Assembly (NCBI GenBank): GCA_900556625.1
Contig: USPQ01000007.1
Coordinates: 1,814 to 65,813 of the forward strand
Length of the DNA stretch: 64,000 nucleotides
Reading direction: 5' to 3'
Source: an uncultured Bacteroides sp.
GTDB lineage: Bacteria; Bacteroidota; Bacteroidia; Bacteroidales; Bacteroidaceae
Shown: in pieces, positions 50,166 to 61,760 of the stretch
Layout of the letters: each line of letters starts with the position of its first letter
Position numbering within the stretch: position 1 is the stretch's first letter
Program-made: the position numbers and the translations under genes
The notes under the pieces: generated by a model
What the model was told of the DNA's origin: nothing
Seen by the model: only the letters and a program-made list of their open reading frames with translations
Databases searched by the model: none

Positions 50166-50175
50166 ATGTGTGAAG

Positions 50176-50628
50176 ATGAAACAACCCTCTGTAAATATAA
50201 AAAATAAACGGGCTACGTTTGATTACGAACTGATAGATACCTATACGGCAGGTATTGTGTTGACAGGTACGGAAATCAAATCCATTCGTTTGGGAAAGGC
50301 AAGCCTGGTAGATACGTTTTGTTATTTTGCGAAAGGCGAATTATGGGTGAAGAATATGCATATCGCCGAGTACTTCTACGGTTCGTATAATAATCATACG
50401 GCACGTAGAGAGAGGAAGTTGTTGCTTAACAAAAAAGAATTGGAAAAACTCCAAAGGGAAATGAAGAATCCCGGCTTTACGATTGTTCCCGTGCGTTTGT
50501 TTATCAATGAGAAAGGGTTGGCGAAACTCGTAGTTGCCTTGGCGAAGGGTAAGAAAGAATACGATAAACGAGAATCGATCAAAGAGAAAGACGACCGCAG
50601 GGATATGGCAAGAATGTTCAAACGATGA
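50176..50628 (+). CDS. smpB: SsrA-binding protein SmpB
   Basis: [34 protein letters not shown]. Confidence 0.97.
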   Translation: MKQPSVNIKNKRATFDYELIDTYTAGIVLTGTEIKSIRLGKASLVDTFCYFAKGELWVKNMHIAEYFYGSYNNHTARRERKLLLNKKELEKLQREMKNPGFTIVPVRLFINEKGLAKLVVALAKGKKEYDKRESIKEKDDRRDMARMFKR

Positions 50629-50641
50629 CATGATAGGATAA

Positions 50642-53389
50642 ATGAAAAAGACAATTTCTCAGATTGTATCCGAACGCATCCTTATCCTAGATGGAGCAAT
50701 GGGTACAATGATTCAACAATATAACCTCAAGGAAGAAGATTTTCGTGGTGAGCGGTTTGCTCATATTCCCGGACAATTGAAAGGAAACAATGACCTGTTG
50801 TGTCTGACACGCCCGGATGTGATTCAGGATATTCACCGTAAATATCTTGAAGCCGGTGCGGATATCATCGAAACGAATACATTCAGTTCGACCACTGTTT
50901 CTATGGCTGATTATCACGTGGAAGAATACGTGCGTGAAATGAACCTTGCCGCAGTAAAACTTGCCCGCGAACTAGCCGACGAGTATACAGCGAAGAATCC
51001 CGAAAAACCGCGTTTTGTAGCGGGCTCTGTCGGACCTACGAATAAAACCTGTTCCATGAGTCCGGATGTCAACAATCCGGCTTATCGCGCTTTAAGCTAT
51101 GACGAATTGGCTGCATCCTATCAGCAACAGATGGAGGCTATGCTTGAGGGGGGAGTAGACGCTATCCTGATTGAAACCATATTTGATACGTTGAATGCTA
51201 AAGCGGCTATTTTTGCTGCCGGACAAGCAATGAAAACAACAGGTGTCAAAGTACCCGTTATGTTGTCGGTGACCGTATCCGATATCGGTGGAAGAACCTT
51301 ATCCGGACAGACGTTAGATGCGTTTCTTGCTTCCGTTCAACATGCCGACATCTTTTCCGTCGGTTTGAACTGTTCGTTCGGTGCCCGCCAGCTGAAACCT
51401 TTTCTGGAACAATTGGCGGCACGTGCACCTTACTATATAAGTGTTTATCCGAATGCCGGTCTGCCGAATAGTCTGGGCAAATATGATCAGACTCCTGCGG
51501 ACATGGCCCATGAGGTGAAAGAATATATTCACGAAGGATTGGTCAATATTATCGGGGGCTGTTGTGGAACAACCGATGCTTACATAGCCGAGTATCCGGC
51601 TTTGGTGGAAGGTGCGAAACCCCATATTCCTGTTGCCAAGCCGGAATGTATGTGGCTCTCCGGACTTGAACTGCTGGAAGTGAAACCGGAAATCAATTTT
51701 GTGAACGTCGGCGAGCGTTGTAACGTGGCAGGCTCACGCAAATTCCTCCGGCTCATTAATGAGAAGAAATATGATGAGGCCCTTTCCATAGCCCGCCAAC
51801 AAGTGGAGGACGGAGCTTTGGTGATTGATGTGAATATGGACGACGGATTGTTGGACGCAAAGTCGGAAATGACAACTTTCCTGAATCTCATCATGTCTGA
51901 ACCGGAAATAGCTCGTGTTCCGGTGATGATCGACTCTTCTAAGTGGGAGGTAATAGAAGCCGGATTGAAATGCCTTCAAGGTAAATCGGTTGTCAACTCT
52001 ATTTCTTTGAAAGAAGGGGAAGAAGTCTTTCTTGAACATGCCCGGATTGTCAAACAGTATGGCGCTGCTGCCGTAGTAATGGCTTTCGATGAGAAAGGAC
52101 AGGCGGATACTGCCGCCCGTAAGATAGAGGTTTGCCAACGTGCTTACCACCTTTTAGTAGATAAGGTGGGGTTCAATCCGCATGATATTATCTTTGACCC
52201 CAACGTGCTTGCCGTAGCTACAGGGATTGAAGAGCACAATAATTACGCGGTAGATTTTATCGAAGCTACCGGATGGATTAAACGGAATCTTCCCGGTGCC
52301 CATATCAGTGGGGGAGTCAGTAATCTTTCTTTCTCGTTTCGCGGCAATAATTATATTCGTGAAGCGATGCACGCCGTATTCCTTTATCATGCTATTCAGC
52401 AGGGAGTGGATATGGGCATTGTGAATCCGGGAACCTCTGTTCTGTATAGCGATATCCCGACGGACGTACTGGAGAAGATTGAGGATGTCGTGTTGAACCG
52501 TCGTCCGGATGCAGCCGAACGTCTTATTGAGTTGGCGGAGTCTTTGAAAGCGACCATGAACGGAACAACCGGACAGACAGCTGTCAAGCAGGATGCATGG
52601 AGGGAGGACTCTGTTCAAGAACGTTTGAAGTATGCTTTGATGAAAGGTATCGGTGATTATCTCGAACAGGATTTGGCGGAGGCTTTGCCACTCTATAATA
52701 AAGCGGTCGATGTGATTGAAGGTCCGTTGATGGATGGAATGAATTATGTCGGTGAACTTTTCGGGGCGGGTAAAATGTTTCTTCCTCAGGTTGTAAAGAC
52801 TGCGCGTACCATGAAAAAAGCCGTTGCCATCTTGCAACCCATCATCGAATCGGAAAAGACGGAGGGAACGACCTCTGCCGGAAAGATATTATTGGCAACC
52901 GTGAAAGGCGACGTGCATGATATTGGAAAGAATATCGTTGCCGTAGTAATGGCTTGCAACGGTTACGATATTGTTGATTTAGGAGTGATGGTCCCAGCCG
53001 AAACCATTGTGCAGCGGGCTATTGAAGAGAAAGTGGATATGATCGGATTGAGTGGGCTGATTACGCCGTCTCTCGAAGAAATGGCTCATGTGGCAGGTGA
53101 ACTTGAGAAAGCGGGATTGGATATTCCTCTTTTGATTGGTGGAGCCACCACGTCGAAGATGCATACGGCATTAAAAATAGCTCCTGTCTATCATGCTCCG
53201 GTAGTGCATTTGAAAGACGCTTCCCAGAATGCGGGCGTTGCCGCCAGATTGTTGAATCCACAGGCGAAAGCCGAACTGGTAAATGAGTTGGAAACGGAAT
53301 ATAGAGCGCTTCGTGAAAAGAGTGGTTTGCTGCGTCGTGAAACCGTCTCATTGGAAGAGGCCCAGAAGAACCGGCTGAATCTGTTTTAG
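50642..53389 (+). CDS. metH: Cobalamin-dependent methionine synthase lacking the C-terminal AdoMet reactivation domain
   Basis: LDGAMGT, GGCCGT, pterin-binding [19 protein letters not shown]12 motif; ends at 915 aa. Confidence 0.93.
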   Translation: MKKTISQIVSERILILDGAMGTMIQQYNLKEEDFRGERFAHIPGQLKGNNDLLCLTRPDVIQDIHRKYLEAGADIIETNTFSSTTVSMADYHVEEYVREMNLAAVKLARELADEYTAKNPEKPRFVAGSVGPTNKTCSMSPDVNNPAYRALSYDELAASYQQQMEAMLEGGVDAILIETIFDTLNAKAAIFAAGQAMKTTGVKVPVMLSVTVSDIGGRTLSGQTLDAFLASVQHADIFSVGLNCSFGARQLKPFLEQLAARAPYYISVYPNAGLPNSLGKYDQTPADMAHEVKEYIHEGLVNIIGGCCGTTDAYIAEYPALVEGAKPHIPVAKPECMWLSGLELLEVKPEINFVNVGERCNVAGSRKFLRLINEKKYDEALSIARQQVEDGALVIDVNMDDGLLDAKSEMTTFLNLIMSEPEIARVPVMIDSSKWEVIEAGLKCLQGKSVVNSISLKEGEEVFLEHARIVKQYGAAAVVMAFDEKGQADTAARKIEVCQRAYHLLVDKVGFNPHDIIFDPNVLAVATGIEEHNNYAVDFIEATGWIKRNLPGAHISGGVSNLSFSFRGNNYIREAMHAVFLYHAIQQGVDMGIVNPGTSVLYSDIPTDVLEKIEDVVLNRRPDAAERLIELAESLKATMNGTTGQTAVKQDAWREDSVQERLKYALMKGIGDYLEQDLAEALPLYNKAVDVIEGPLMDGMNYVGELFGAGKMFLPQVVKTARTMKKAVAILQPIIESEKTEGTTSAGKILLATVKGDVHDIGKNIVAVVMACNGYDIVDLGVMVPAETIVQRAIEEKVDMIGLSGLITPSLEEMAHVAGELEKAGLDIPLLIGGATTSKMHTALKIAPVYHAPVVHLKDASQNAGVAARLLNPQAKAELVNELETEYRALREKSGLLRRETVSLEEAQKNRLNLF

Positions 53390-53501
53390 CATTCTGTATA
53401 AGAAAAAAGATACGTTATAATCAGTATTAGTAAGCAAAAGTTTTGTCTTTTCGATAAATTCCTTACATTTGCGTTCTGATTAATTCATATCTAATACGTA
53501 A

Positions 53502-53627
53502 ATGTTTGGAATAGACGACCCTTTTATCATTTTGCCATACCTGCTTTCAGTGGTATGCGTGGTGTTTGCGGTCTGGTTCGGGCTGGAATATTGGAATAAG
53601 GACGACGAAAAAGACGAAACACGATGA
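53502..53627 (+). CDS. Symporter small accessory protein (41 aa, single TM)
   Basis: MFGIDDPFIILPYLLSVVCVVFAVWFGLEYWNKDDEKDETR; ATGA overlap with symporter start; TACATTTG at 53464-53471; absent from ORF track. Confidence 0.8.
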   Translation: MFGIDDPFIILPYLLSVVCVVFAVWFGLEYWNKDDEKDETR

Positions 53628-54659
53628 ATACATTTACACTTGGACTGATTGTGGTAGCCTATCTGCTGTCACTCGCTTATTTAGGCTTTCTGGGATATAA
53701 GAAAACGACGTCCGCCAGCGATTATCTGGTAGGTGGCCGTCAGATGAATCCTATCGTTATGGTACTTTCCTATGGGGCTACTTTCATTTCGGCGTCCGCT
53801 ATCGTTGGTTTCGGGGGAGTGGCTGCTGCTTTCGGAATGGGAATCCAATGGCTGTGTTTCCTCAATATGTTTATCGGAGTTGTCATTGCCTTTATCTTTT
53901 TCGGTTTGCGTACCCGACGTATGGGGGTAAAACTGAATGTGAGTACTTTACCGAAGCCAATAAGGAATTGACGGCAATTGCTCCGTTAGTTCCGGAAAAG
54001 TTCAGGGTATTGGGACATCAAGGGTGGACGGCAATGCCAGTGACCGGTTCTCCGCAATGGTATTCATTGGTTACTTCCCTTATTCGGGGAGTGGGAATCG
54101 GTTGTCTTGCACAACCTCAGCTGGTGGTTCGTTTTATGACTGTGGAGAGCAGCAAGCAGTTGAATCGCGGGGTGTTCATCGGTTGTTTTTTCTTGATAAT
54201 AACCGTAGGAGCTATCTATCATGCCGACGCATTGAGCAATCTATTCTTTTTGAAGACGGAGGGTGCGGTAGCAACGGAGTATGTCTACGTTCAGTTCGCA
54301 ATTCCATACGATGGGGGCTTCCGTCGGTTCCGATATTTATGGGACGTACAAACCCCGTTCGCGTGACAAGTTGACTAACGTTATTCGTCTTGGGGTACTG
54401 TTTTCTATCTTGGTCAGTTATATTATTTGTTATATGCTTCCGCATGACATCATAGCACGTGGCACTTCTATCTTCATGGGAATCTGTGCCGCTGCTTTCC
54501 TGCCCGCCTATTTCTGTATTGGGTATCTGTAAGGCGCTGTTTGGCAGGGATGTGCTGATCTCCACCTATCCTTTTTCGGTCATAGATCCGATATTGTTTG
54601 CGTTGCCTCTGTCTGTGTTGGCTATTATCGGAGTCAGCATGATGACCTATAAGAAATAA
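53624..54659 (+). pseudogene. Sodium:solute symporter pseudogene with internal deletions and frameshifts
   Basis: SSS fragments across changing frames: DYLVGGR/SASAIVG; AQPQLVVRF; MSTFSSQFH; DPILFALP; only about 1.04 kb. Confidence 0.85.
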
Positions 54660-54662
54660 GTA

Positions 54663-56054
54663 TTACGCTTTGATTTTCTTTTTGTAGGATTCATAGCGCG
54701 ACAGGATGTCACGGACAAAATTATAAGTTTCTATGCCACGAAAATATCCGTTTTTACAGATCGGGTCGGTGAAGTACTCTTCATTGCTCTTGAGCAAGAT
54801 GAAGTTTTCTACATTGTCTTTCCATACCAGTTTGTTCTTACCGTATTTCTCGGCCAGTGCCATCGCATCATAAATATGTCCTAATCCGGCATTGTAGGAA
54901 GCCAGGATAAAACTGAGACGTTCCTGCTTATCGGGAATCATGCTGAGACTACGGTCGGTAGCTGCGATATATTTGACTGCCGCTTTGACACTTTCTTCCG
55001 GATTCTGTTCCTTTCCGGGCGGAACTCCCATAGCCCGTGCGGTAGCGGGCATTAATTGCATCAGCCCTTTTGCTCCGGCCCAAGACACGGCTGTGGTATC
55101 GAAATTGGATTCCGTGTAAGCCAATGAAGCAAGCATACGCCAATCCCAACCGATATCTTTGGAGTACTTCTTGAATAAATCATCATAGTGCGATATCTTC
55201 CCCTCTCTTAGTGAAAGGATAGGAGAATGGGGCATCATTTTGCTATTCTCGAAGTAGCGTTTCATACTGGCTGTATAGGCAGGAGAGGTCATATTTTCCT
55301 CATGCCATTTGGTGGCTGCTGCCGCCAGCTCGGGACAGTCTTTTCTCACAGCCCATGATGAACGTTGGTCAAAACTGATAGACAAGCCAATATTTAAGTT
55401 GGGATAATACGTTTTATTAAGCTTGGCCAAATCGTTGTCGGCTACCGTGTATGGAATCTTGCCTTGTGCTACTTGTGTGATCAGGTCTTCGGTAGTGATA
55501 CTGTCATTGGTTACCTTATGGATTTGAATGCCGCTTCCCAATTCGTTGTTCAGGTTGACAAGACGGTCGTAATACTTTCCGGGCTTTACATAGATATCTT
55601 TCCCTATCAGTTCCGTTACATCTTTCAAGGGTTTTTGTTTTCCTTTTCCCTGTTGCACAATAACCTGATGGGTGATGATATCCTCACCGCAATAGATAAG
55701 GCTGTCTTTCCATTCCTTTGTTACGGGTAGATTGTAGGCAATCATGTCTCCTTCGCCTGCCAGTAATTTCCGGATCAGTTCATCGACACTGTTAGCTACT
55801 TCGATCCTAAGTTTTAATCCCAGACTTTTGGCAAACTGACCGCTAAGTTCGTATTGAAATCCCATTTCCTGTCCCCGATAAATGAAGTAGGAAGTAGAAC
55901 TGTATAGTGTCAATACAACCAGTTCGCCGCTGTCTTTTATCTGCGGAAGGTCGTATGCGTTCTCGCTTACAGGATTGGGTCGCGTGTTCTTACATCCGAA
56001 CACGCAACAGAATAATACAAGGAATAAAGGAATAATCAGTGTCCTAACGCCCAT
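54663..56054 (-). CDS. MltF-like lytic transglycosylase (substrate-binding domain + SLT)
   Basis: GFQYEL, ES catalytic motif (TESNF), GAKGLMQLMP, ASYNAG. Confidence 0.88.
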   Translation of the reverse strand: MGVRTLIIPLFLVLFCCVFGCKNTRPNPVSENAYDLPQIKDSGELVVLTLYSSTSYFIYRGQEMGFQYELSGQFAKSLGLKLRIEVANSVDELIRKLLAGEGDMIAYNLPVTKEWKDSLIYCGEDIITHQVIVQQGKGKQKPLKDVTELIGKDIYVKPGKYYDRLVNLNNELGSGIQIHKVTNDSITTEDLITQVAQGKIPYTVADNDLAKLNKTYYPNLNIGLSISFDQRSSWAVRKDCPELAAAATKWHEENMTSPAYTASMKRYFENSKMMPHSPILSLREGKISHYDDLFKKYSKDIGWDWRMLASLAYTESNFDTTAVSWAGAKGLMQLMPATARAMGVPPGKEQNPEESVKAAVKYIAATDRSLSMIPDKQERLSFILASYNAGLGHIYDAMALAEKYGKNKLVWKDNVENFILLKSNEEYFTDPICKNGYFRGIETYNFVRDILSRYESYKKKIKA

Positions 56055-56071
56055 TCTTTAATTTTCAATTT

Positions 56072-56683
56072 TTAATTCTTGAGGTGCTTCTTGATATACA
56101 TTGTCAGAATATCAATAGCTACCTTATTGTTTCCACCTTCCGGTACAATAAGATCGGCATAACGCTTGCAAGGTTCGATGAATTGTAGATGCATTGGTTT
56201 CAGAACCCGCGTATAACGTTCCATGACCGCTTCGGCAGTACGTCCGCGTTCAATCACGTCTCTTTGGATAACACGTATCAGTCGTTCGTCAGGATCAGCG
56301 TCTACAAATATTTTAAGGTCCATCATGTTGCGCAATTTTTTATCACATAAAGCAAGGATTCCCTCAATGATAACCACTTCGCGAGGTTCGATGTGAATCG
56401 TTTCGGGCTGCCGTGTACATGTAAGATAAGAATAGGTAGGCTGTTCAATGCTTTTTCCTTCTTTCAACAGCATGATATGCTTAGATAGCAAACTCCATTC
56501 GAAAGCGTCCGGATGGTCGAAATTGATATTCTGACGTTCTTCCACCGGGACGTGGCTGCTGTCTTTGTAGTATGAGTCCTGAGGTAGTAACACCACTTCT
56601 CCTGTGGGGAGACTTTCTATGATTTTCCGTACAACGGTGGTCTTTCCGGAACCTGTTCCGCCTGCTATGCCTATTATTAACAT
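56072..56683 (-). CDS. udk: Uridine kinase
   Basis: GIAGGTGSGKTT, QDSYY, NFDHPDA, FIEP. Confidence 0.95.
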   Translation of the reverse strand: MLIIGIAGGTGSGKTTVVRKIIESLPTGEVVLLPQDSYYKDSSHVPVEERQNINFDHPDAFEWSLLSKHIMLLKEGKSIEQPTYSYLTCTRQPETIHIEPREVVIIEGILALCDKKLRNMMDLKIFVDADPDERLIRVIQRDVIERGRTAEAVMERYTRVLKPMHLQFIEPCKRYADLIVPEGGNNKVAIDILTMYIKKHLKN

Positions 56684-56783
56684 CTCTTTAAGTATATATT
56701 TAAACTAAATGGAGTAAATTTGCATTGTTTATACAGTATATAGAAGACAAATATAGAAACAATTCATTAAAATAGCAACGGTA

Positions 56784-57083
56784 ATGGTAAAACACATTGT
56801 ATTATTTAAGTTAAAAGACGATGTTCCCGCTGAAGAGAAGCTGGCAGTCATGACTAAATTTAAGGAAGCGATAGAAGCACTTCCCGCTAAAATCTCTGTA
56901 ATCCGTAAGGTAGAGGTCGGATTGAATATAAATCCGGGTGAGACTTGGAACATCGCGCTTTACAGTGAGTTTGATACTTTAGAAGATGTGAGATACTATG
57001 CAACGCATCCGGAACATGTTGCGGCCGGTAAGATTCTGGCTGAAACAAAGGAAAGCCGTGCGTGCGTGGATTATGAGTTATAA
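56784..57083 (+). CDS. Dabb-family stress-responsive A/B barrel protein
   Basis: KHIVLFKLK...YATHPEHV...VDY. Confidence 0.88.
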   Translation: MVKHIVLFKLKDDVPAEEKLAVMTKFKEAIEALPAKISVIRKVEVGLNINPGETWNIALYSEFDTLEDVRYYATHPEHVAAGKILAETKESRACVDYEL

Positions 57084-57100
57084 CCCCCAATAATAAAAGA

Positions 57101-59152
57101 ATGAAAAAACTATTTTCTTTTCTGCTTTTAAACTTTGTGGTCTATGTGTTGCAAGCGCAGATACAGGATCCTGTGAAATTTAAAACGGAGTTGAAATCTC
57201 TTTCCGATACGGAAGCGGAGATTGTATTTACTGCAACCATTGACAAGGGGTGGCATGTATATTCTACTGAGCTTGGGGACGGAGGACCTATTTCCGCCAC
57301 ATTCAACGTCGATAGCAAATCGGGGATTGAACCGGTAGGAAAGTTGAAACCGGTAGGTAAGGAGATAGCTGCTTTCGACAAGTTGTTCGAGATGAAAGTA
57401 CGCTATTTCGAGAACACGGCTAAGTTTATCCAAAAGGTGAAGTTCACAGGAGGGGCTTATGCGATAGATGGGTATCTGGAATATGGAGCTTGTAATGATG
57501 AAAGTTGCCTGCCTCCGACACAGGTTCCGTTCAAGTTTGCCGGAGAAGCTAAGGGTAATACGGTGGCGGCTAAAGAGGACAAATCGGTTAAAGAGGATAA
57601 AGCAGACAAGACAGAGACAGATTTAGCTGTTTCAAAAGATACGGTTGCCATGACCGAACTGCTTCCCGCTACTCCGGTGGATGCGTCTACAGGTATCCAG
57701 CCTGCTGTTGCATCCAGTGAGCTTTGGAAGCCGGTCATTAGTGAACTGCAAGCGCTGGGAGAGGAGCATGGACAGAAAGATATGTCTTGGATATATATAT
57801 TCATAACAGGTTTTCTAGGTGGATTATTGGCATTGTTTACTCCTTGTGTATGGCCGATTATTCCGATGACCGTCAGTTTCTTTCTGAAACGTAGCAAGGA
57901 TAAGAAGAAAGGTATTCGTGACGCATGGACGTACGGTGCGTCTATCGTAGTGATTTATGTTGCGTTGGGGTTGGCTATTACACTGATTTTCGGTGCCAGT
58001 GCGCTGAATGCTTTGTCTACCAATGCTATCTTTAATATTCTTTTCTTCTTGATGTTGGTGGTTTTTGCAGCTTCATTCTTTGGAGCTTTCGAGATCAGGC
58101 TCCCGTCGAAGTGGGGAAATGCGGTAGATAGTAAGGCTGAATCAACGACCGGTCTGTTGAGTATCTTCCTGATGGCTTTCACTCTATCTTTGGTGTCTTT
58201 CTCTTGCACAGGTCCGATTATCGGATTTTTGCTCGTACAGGTGTCTACAACGGGAAGTGTGGTTGCTCCGGCAATTGGTATGTTAGGATTTGCCATTGCA
58301 TTGGCTCTGCCGTTTACTCTGTTCGCTCTGTTCCCGTCATGGCTGAAATCTATGCCGAAGTCTGGTGGATGGATGAATGTGATAAAGGTGACGTTGGGCT
58401 TTCTTGAATTGGCATTCGCACTTAAGTTCTTGTCGGTAGCCGATTTGGCATACGGATGGAGACTGCTCGACCGTGAAACGTTCCTTGCTTTGTGGATCGT
58501 GATTTTTGCTTTGCTTGGATTCTATTTGTTGGGTAAGGTTAAATTCCCGCACGACGATGATGATAATAAGGTAGGAGTTACCCGTTTTTTTATGGCGCTT
58601 ATTTCTTTGGCGTTTGCGGTATATATGGTTCCCGGTTTGTGGGGAGCACCGTTGAAGGCGGTAAGTGCATTCGCTCCGCCTATGCATACGCAGGATTTTA
58701 ACTTGTATGAGAATGAGGTGCATCCAAAATTCAAGGATTACGAGCTGGGAATGGAGTATGCCCGCCAGCAAGGTAAGCCGGTTATGATTGACTTTACCGG
58801 ACATGGTTGTGTGAATTGCCGTAAGATGGAAGCTGCCGTATGGACAGATTCAAAGGTGAGTGATATTATTAATAAGGATTATGTGCTCATCTCTTTATAT
58901 GTAGATGATAAAACTCCGCTTTCGGAACCGGTGAAAGTAGTAGAAAATGGTACAGAACGTACATTGCGTACTGTAGGCGACAAATGGAGTTATCTGCAAC
59001 GTGTGAAATTCGGTGCCAACGCCCAGCCTTTCTATGTATTGCTGGATGGTCAGGGAAAACCGTTGAACAAGTCGTATGCTTATGATGAAGATATAACTAA
59101 ATATATTGACTTCCTGCAAGTAGGACTGGAAAATTATAGGAAGGAGAAGTAA
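57101..59152 (+). CDS. dsbD: DsbD-family thiol:disulfide interchange protein
   Basis: ACNDESC N-domain, FTPCVWP and FSCTGP TM cysteines, GCVNC thioredoxin motif. Confidence 0.9.
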   Translation: MKKLFSFLLLNFVVYVLQAQIQDPVKFKTELKSLSDTEAEIVFTATIDKGWHVYSTELGDGGPISATFNVDSKSGIEPVGKLKPVGKEIAAFDKLFEMKVRYFENTAKFIQKVKFTGGAYAIDGYLEYGACNDESCLPPTQVPFKFAGEAKGNTVAAKEDKSVKEDKADKTETDLAVSKDTVAMTELLPATPVDASTGIQPAVASSELWKPVISELQALGEEHGQKDMSWIYIFITGFLGGLLALFTPCVWPIIPMTVSFFLKRSKDKKKGIRDAWTYGASIVVIYVALGLAITLIFGASALNALSTNAIFNILFFLMLVVFAASFFGAFEIRLPSKWGNAVDSKAESTTGLLSIFLMAFTLSLVSFSCTGPIIGFLLVQVSTTGSVVAPAIGMLGFAIALALPFTLFALFPSWLKSMPKSGGWMNVIKVTLGFLELAFALKFLSVADLAYGWRLLDRETFLALWIVIFALLGFYLLGKVKFPHDDDDNKVGVTRFFMALISLAFAVYMVPGLWGAPLKAVSAFAPPMHTQDFNLYENEVHPKFKDYELGMEYARQQGKPVMIDFTGHGCVNCRKMEAAVWTDSKVSDIINKDYVLISLYVDDKTPLSEPVKVVENGTERTLRTVGDKWSYLQRVKFGANAQPFYVLLDGQGKPLNKSYAYDEDITKYIDFLQVGLENYRKEK

Positions 59153-59173
59153 TGACTTCTCTGGCGATGGATT

Positions 59174-59221
59174 AATAAAAGGCGACTTCATTCTTGGATG
59201 AAGCCGCCTTTTATTTTTTTT
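59174..59221 (+). terminator. Rho-independent terminator
   Basis: aataaaaggcg...cgccttttatt followed by T-run. Confidence 0.85.
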
Positions 59222-59495
59222 ATTTCGTCTCTACCAGCCAACGATTGATATTGTGTAAATTCCACACCTATCTTCATACTTTCCGATGGCCTTTCTGATA
59301 AGGAATCAGATATTTCCGATATAAAATCCTTGATCGCACGTTCTTTTCTAAAGATACAATATGCAAATGAGAATTTAGGCAGAAGACGAATATAATCTTT
59401 TTCAGAATGTTTTCAGTATCATGTTTTTTCTTTGCGTAGAATAAATATATATATTTTCGGCAATTTGGCGCAGAACTATTCGGTTATTTGACTTT

Positions 59496-60515
59496 TTACA
59501 TAACCCTCACTCTTTCTTGCAACTCTCTCATTTTCTGCATAAGTGCATCGAACTCTAATGATTCACCATAAATGAAGAAACGCCTCATATCGGCATAATC
59601 ATCTTGCCATGCATCCATAACCGATTTTGGTATTGTAAAGCTAATGGATGATGGAGCATGCAAATCATAATTTACATACTTCAAAGCATAATAAGTTTTA
59701 CGATGCTCAACTATGGCATCATAAAGTTTGCGATTCGACAATGCTTCTAAACCATATTCTGTGTCCATCAGTTTTTCTAAATCATACAGATGGCGTGACA
59801 TTCGGACACTTCTTGGCTTTTCTTTTTGGAATTCTTCCGCCAAAAGAAATAACTTCTCAAGGAATGTACGAGTTGGCACTACAGTTCTGACAAGGCTTTC
59901 TGCACCTCTATCTTCGCCATCAAAACTTTCACCTATTAGAGAACGAATCTGCCGCAACTCCGTAGGTTCATCCATTGAAAGACAACTAATCTCTATCTTT
60001 ACACGTGGAGGAATATAATTGATCGTATCTTCAAGAATCGACGGATAGTGTAATAAGATTACAGTAGGATCCTTGTCTGAGTCTATCGGTCGCCATTCTC
60101 CATTTTTATCCTGTACTTGAGATACATTCTCTATATTGTACCCAGAAACTCCCATTTCTTTCAAGCGAGCATCTAATTGAGCAGAAAGAATCTCATGAAT
60201 ATATGCTCGTGACATTTTGCGTAATTTCTCACGCTGACTTTTACCAGTCTTCTCAATATCAAAGAATGAATGACTGATTGCCAAGTCAATGTCTTCAGAG
60301 AAACGCTCTATGATATTAAACCCTTTTGATAACGATGTTCCGCCTTTGAATATTAAAGAATCACGGCAATCTGTTTGGAATAATGCCTTCAATGTAACGG
60401 TTACCCACCAGTCCTTTTCAATAGCAACTTGATTAACACCATGATGTCCAGCTTCTGTTTGCTGTAACATTGCCAATCGGTCTACTATTTCATTATTTAA
60501 CCACAGTTTTCCCAT
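59496..60515 (-). CDS. AbiEii/AbiGii-family nucleotidyltransferase toxin
   Basis: IEKDWW, FKGGTSLSK, RFSEDID, EK, RHLYD. Confidence 0.9.
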   Translation of the reverse strand: MGKLWLNNEIVDRLAMLQQTEAGHHGVNQVAIEKDWWVTVTLKALFQTDCRDSLIFKGGTSLSKGFNIIERFSEDIDLAISHSFFDIEKTGKSQREKLRKMSRAYIHEILSAQLDARLKEMGVSGYNIENVSQVQDKNGEWRPIDSDKDPTVILLHYPSILEDTINYIPPRVKIEISCLSMDEPTELRQIRSLIGESFDGEDRGAESLVRTVVPTRTFLEKLFLLAEEFQKEKPRSVRMSRHLYDLEKLMDTEYGLEALSNRKLYDAIVEHRKTYYALKYVNYDLHAPSSISFTIPKSVMDAWQDDYADMRRFFIYGESLEFDALMQKMRELQERVRVM

Positions 60516-60529
60516 AATCTATTTCTATT

Positions 60530-61138
60530 TTAAGCGGTTAGCATTGGCTTTATAATTCTTTTCATCCATGCAGGCATCATGTCTACATCTTTACTTAAAG
60601 CCTCCTTGTCGGTTTCTTTTGACACCAATTGTCGGATTATATTCAATTCACTTTCTCCTATATTCTCTTTTTTCAGAGCTTTAAGTGCCTGAACAAGTAA
60701 AGAAATGAGTAGAGTACCATAACAGAAATTCTTGGGTACACCTCGCTTTAATACTACTTTCCTATTAGATAAGTTTATAGTTCTTTCGCTACCGGTAGTC
60801 AAGAAAGTGTAATTCATCGGCACTTGAGTTGATAGCCCTAATGCGTTCAATGCTGTCATGCCAGATGGTAACACCTCTGCGTTATCTCGGACAGTAATTG
60901 CCTGTACCACCTTATCAACTGAAGGAAGCACTACACCAAATTTGCTTTTTCTCGGTTTGGTATATATGCCATGTGCTATTTTAACAAGCATACCTTCTGT
61001 CGTTAACTCAGACAAAATGCTTCCCACAAATTCTGTGTGGTATTCAGGGAAATCAGACCGAAACAGAATGCAATCTTCTGGCATCGCTTCTATGCGTTGC
61101 TTAAGAGTTATACCATCTATAGAATATTCATTAGTCAT
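60530..61138 (-). CDS. AbiEi-like antitoxin / wHTH regulator (DUF6088)
   Basis: LVKIAHGIY, ALNALGLSTQVP; TATCTTTG (minus, 61172-61179) supports start 61138. Confidence 0.85.
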   Translation of the reverse strand: MTNEYSIDGITLKQRIEAMPEDCILFRSDFPEYHTEFVGSILSELTTEGMLVKIAHGIYTKPRKSKFGVVLPSVDKVVQAITVRDNAEVLPSGMTALNALGLSTQVPMNYTFLTTGSERTINLSNRKVVLKRGVPKNFCYGTLLISLLVQALKALKKENIGESELNIIRQLVSKETDKEALSKDVDMMPAWMKRIIKPMLTA

Positions 61139-61299
61139 TTTACCTTTGAAATTTTGATGATTTTTCAAATGCAAAGATACAAAATGATTTTAATAAATGA
61201 GAAATCGTCAAGTAATTTATTCGTTTGACTCGAAATAATATAAGGATGAAATCCTTATCGAATCTCATCCTTATTCTTGATTTATGGAATATACAGTAA

Positions 61300-61760
61300 C
61301 TCGAACTCCTTTTTCCGCCGTCGCTCGATGCTCGGTATCACTTTCCCTTTATAGCATCGGAACGAGATATACTCCTCGTAAATATCCACGAGCAAATGAA
61401 TGGCATGAAAAATGTAGCGAAACGAAGAATAAGGCCCCTCGGCTTGCAGGCAAAGCCTGTATTTTTTCCTGATACGGAAAAATTTGAGTAACTTTACCCC
61501 ACAAAACAGAAAGGAACAGCGTTCTCAACGGTGGTGGACAGGATATTCGAACGGGATACGGAAACAAATTCCAGACCTCTTTTCCAATCCTGAAAAGGCA
61601 ACGGATAAGTAGCGATTTGTTTTCCTAACTCCCTAAAAGCCGGTCAAAAACCATAAGCGGAAGAATTTGGTACAAAACTGCATATCCCTTTCGGTTTCAA
61701 ACACTTTACATTATTCTTCCGAAATCCATCCGTATGTGAGCGAGTTTTACTATCTTTGCC
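61300..61760. mobile_element. Probable non-coding remnant of a Bacteroidales integrative/mobilizable element carrying a promoter
   Basis: GC-richer than flanks, no credible ORF, TATCTTTG at 61750-61757; resembles, from recall only, DNA flanking integrase genes in Bacteroides elements. Confidence 0.4.

Noticed and set aside
59240..59345. Possible excisionase-like gene fragment on minus strand (RILYRK)
   Set aside because: Too short and degenerate to support without a search
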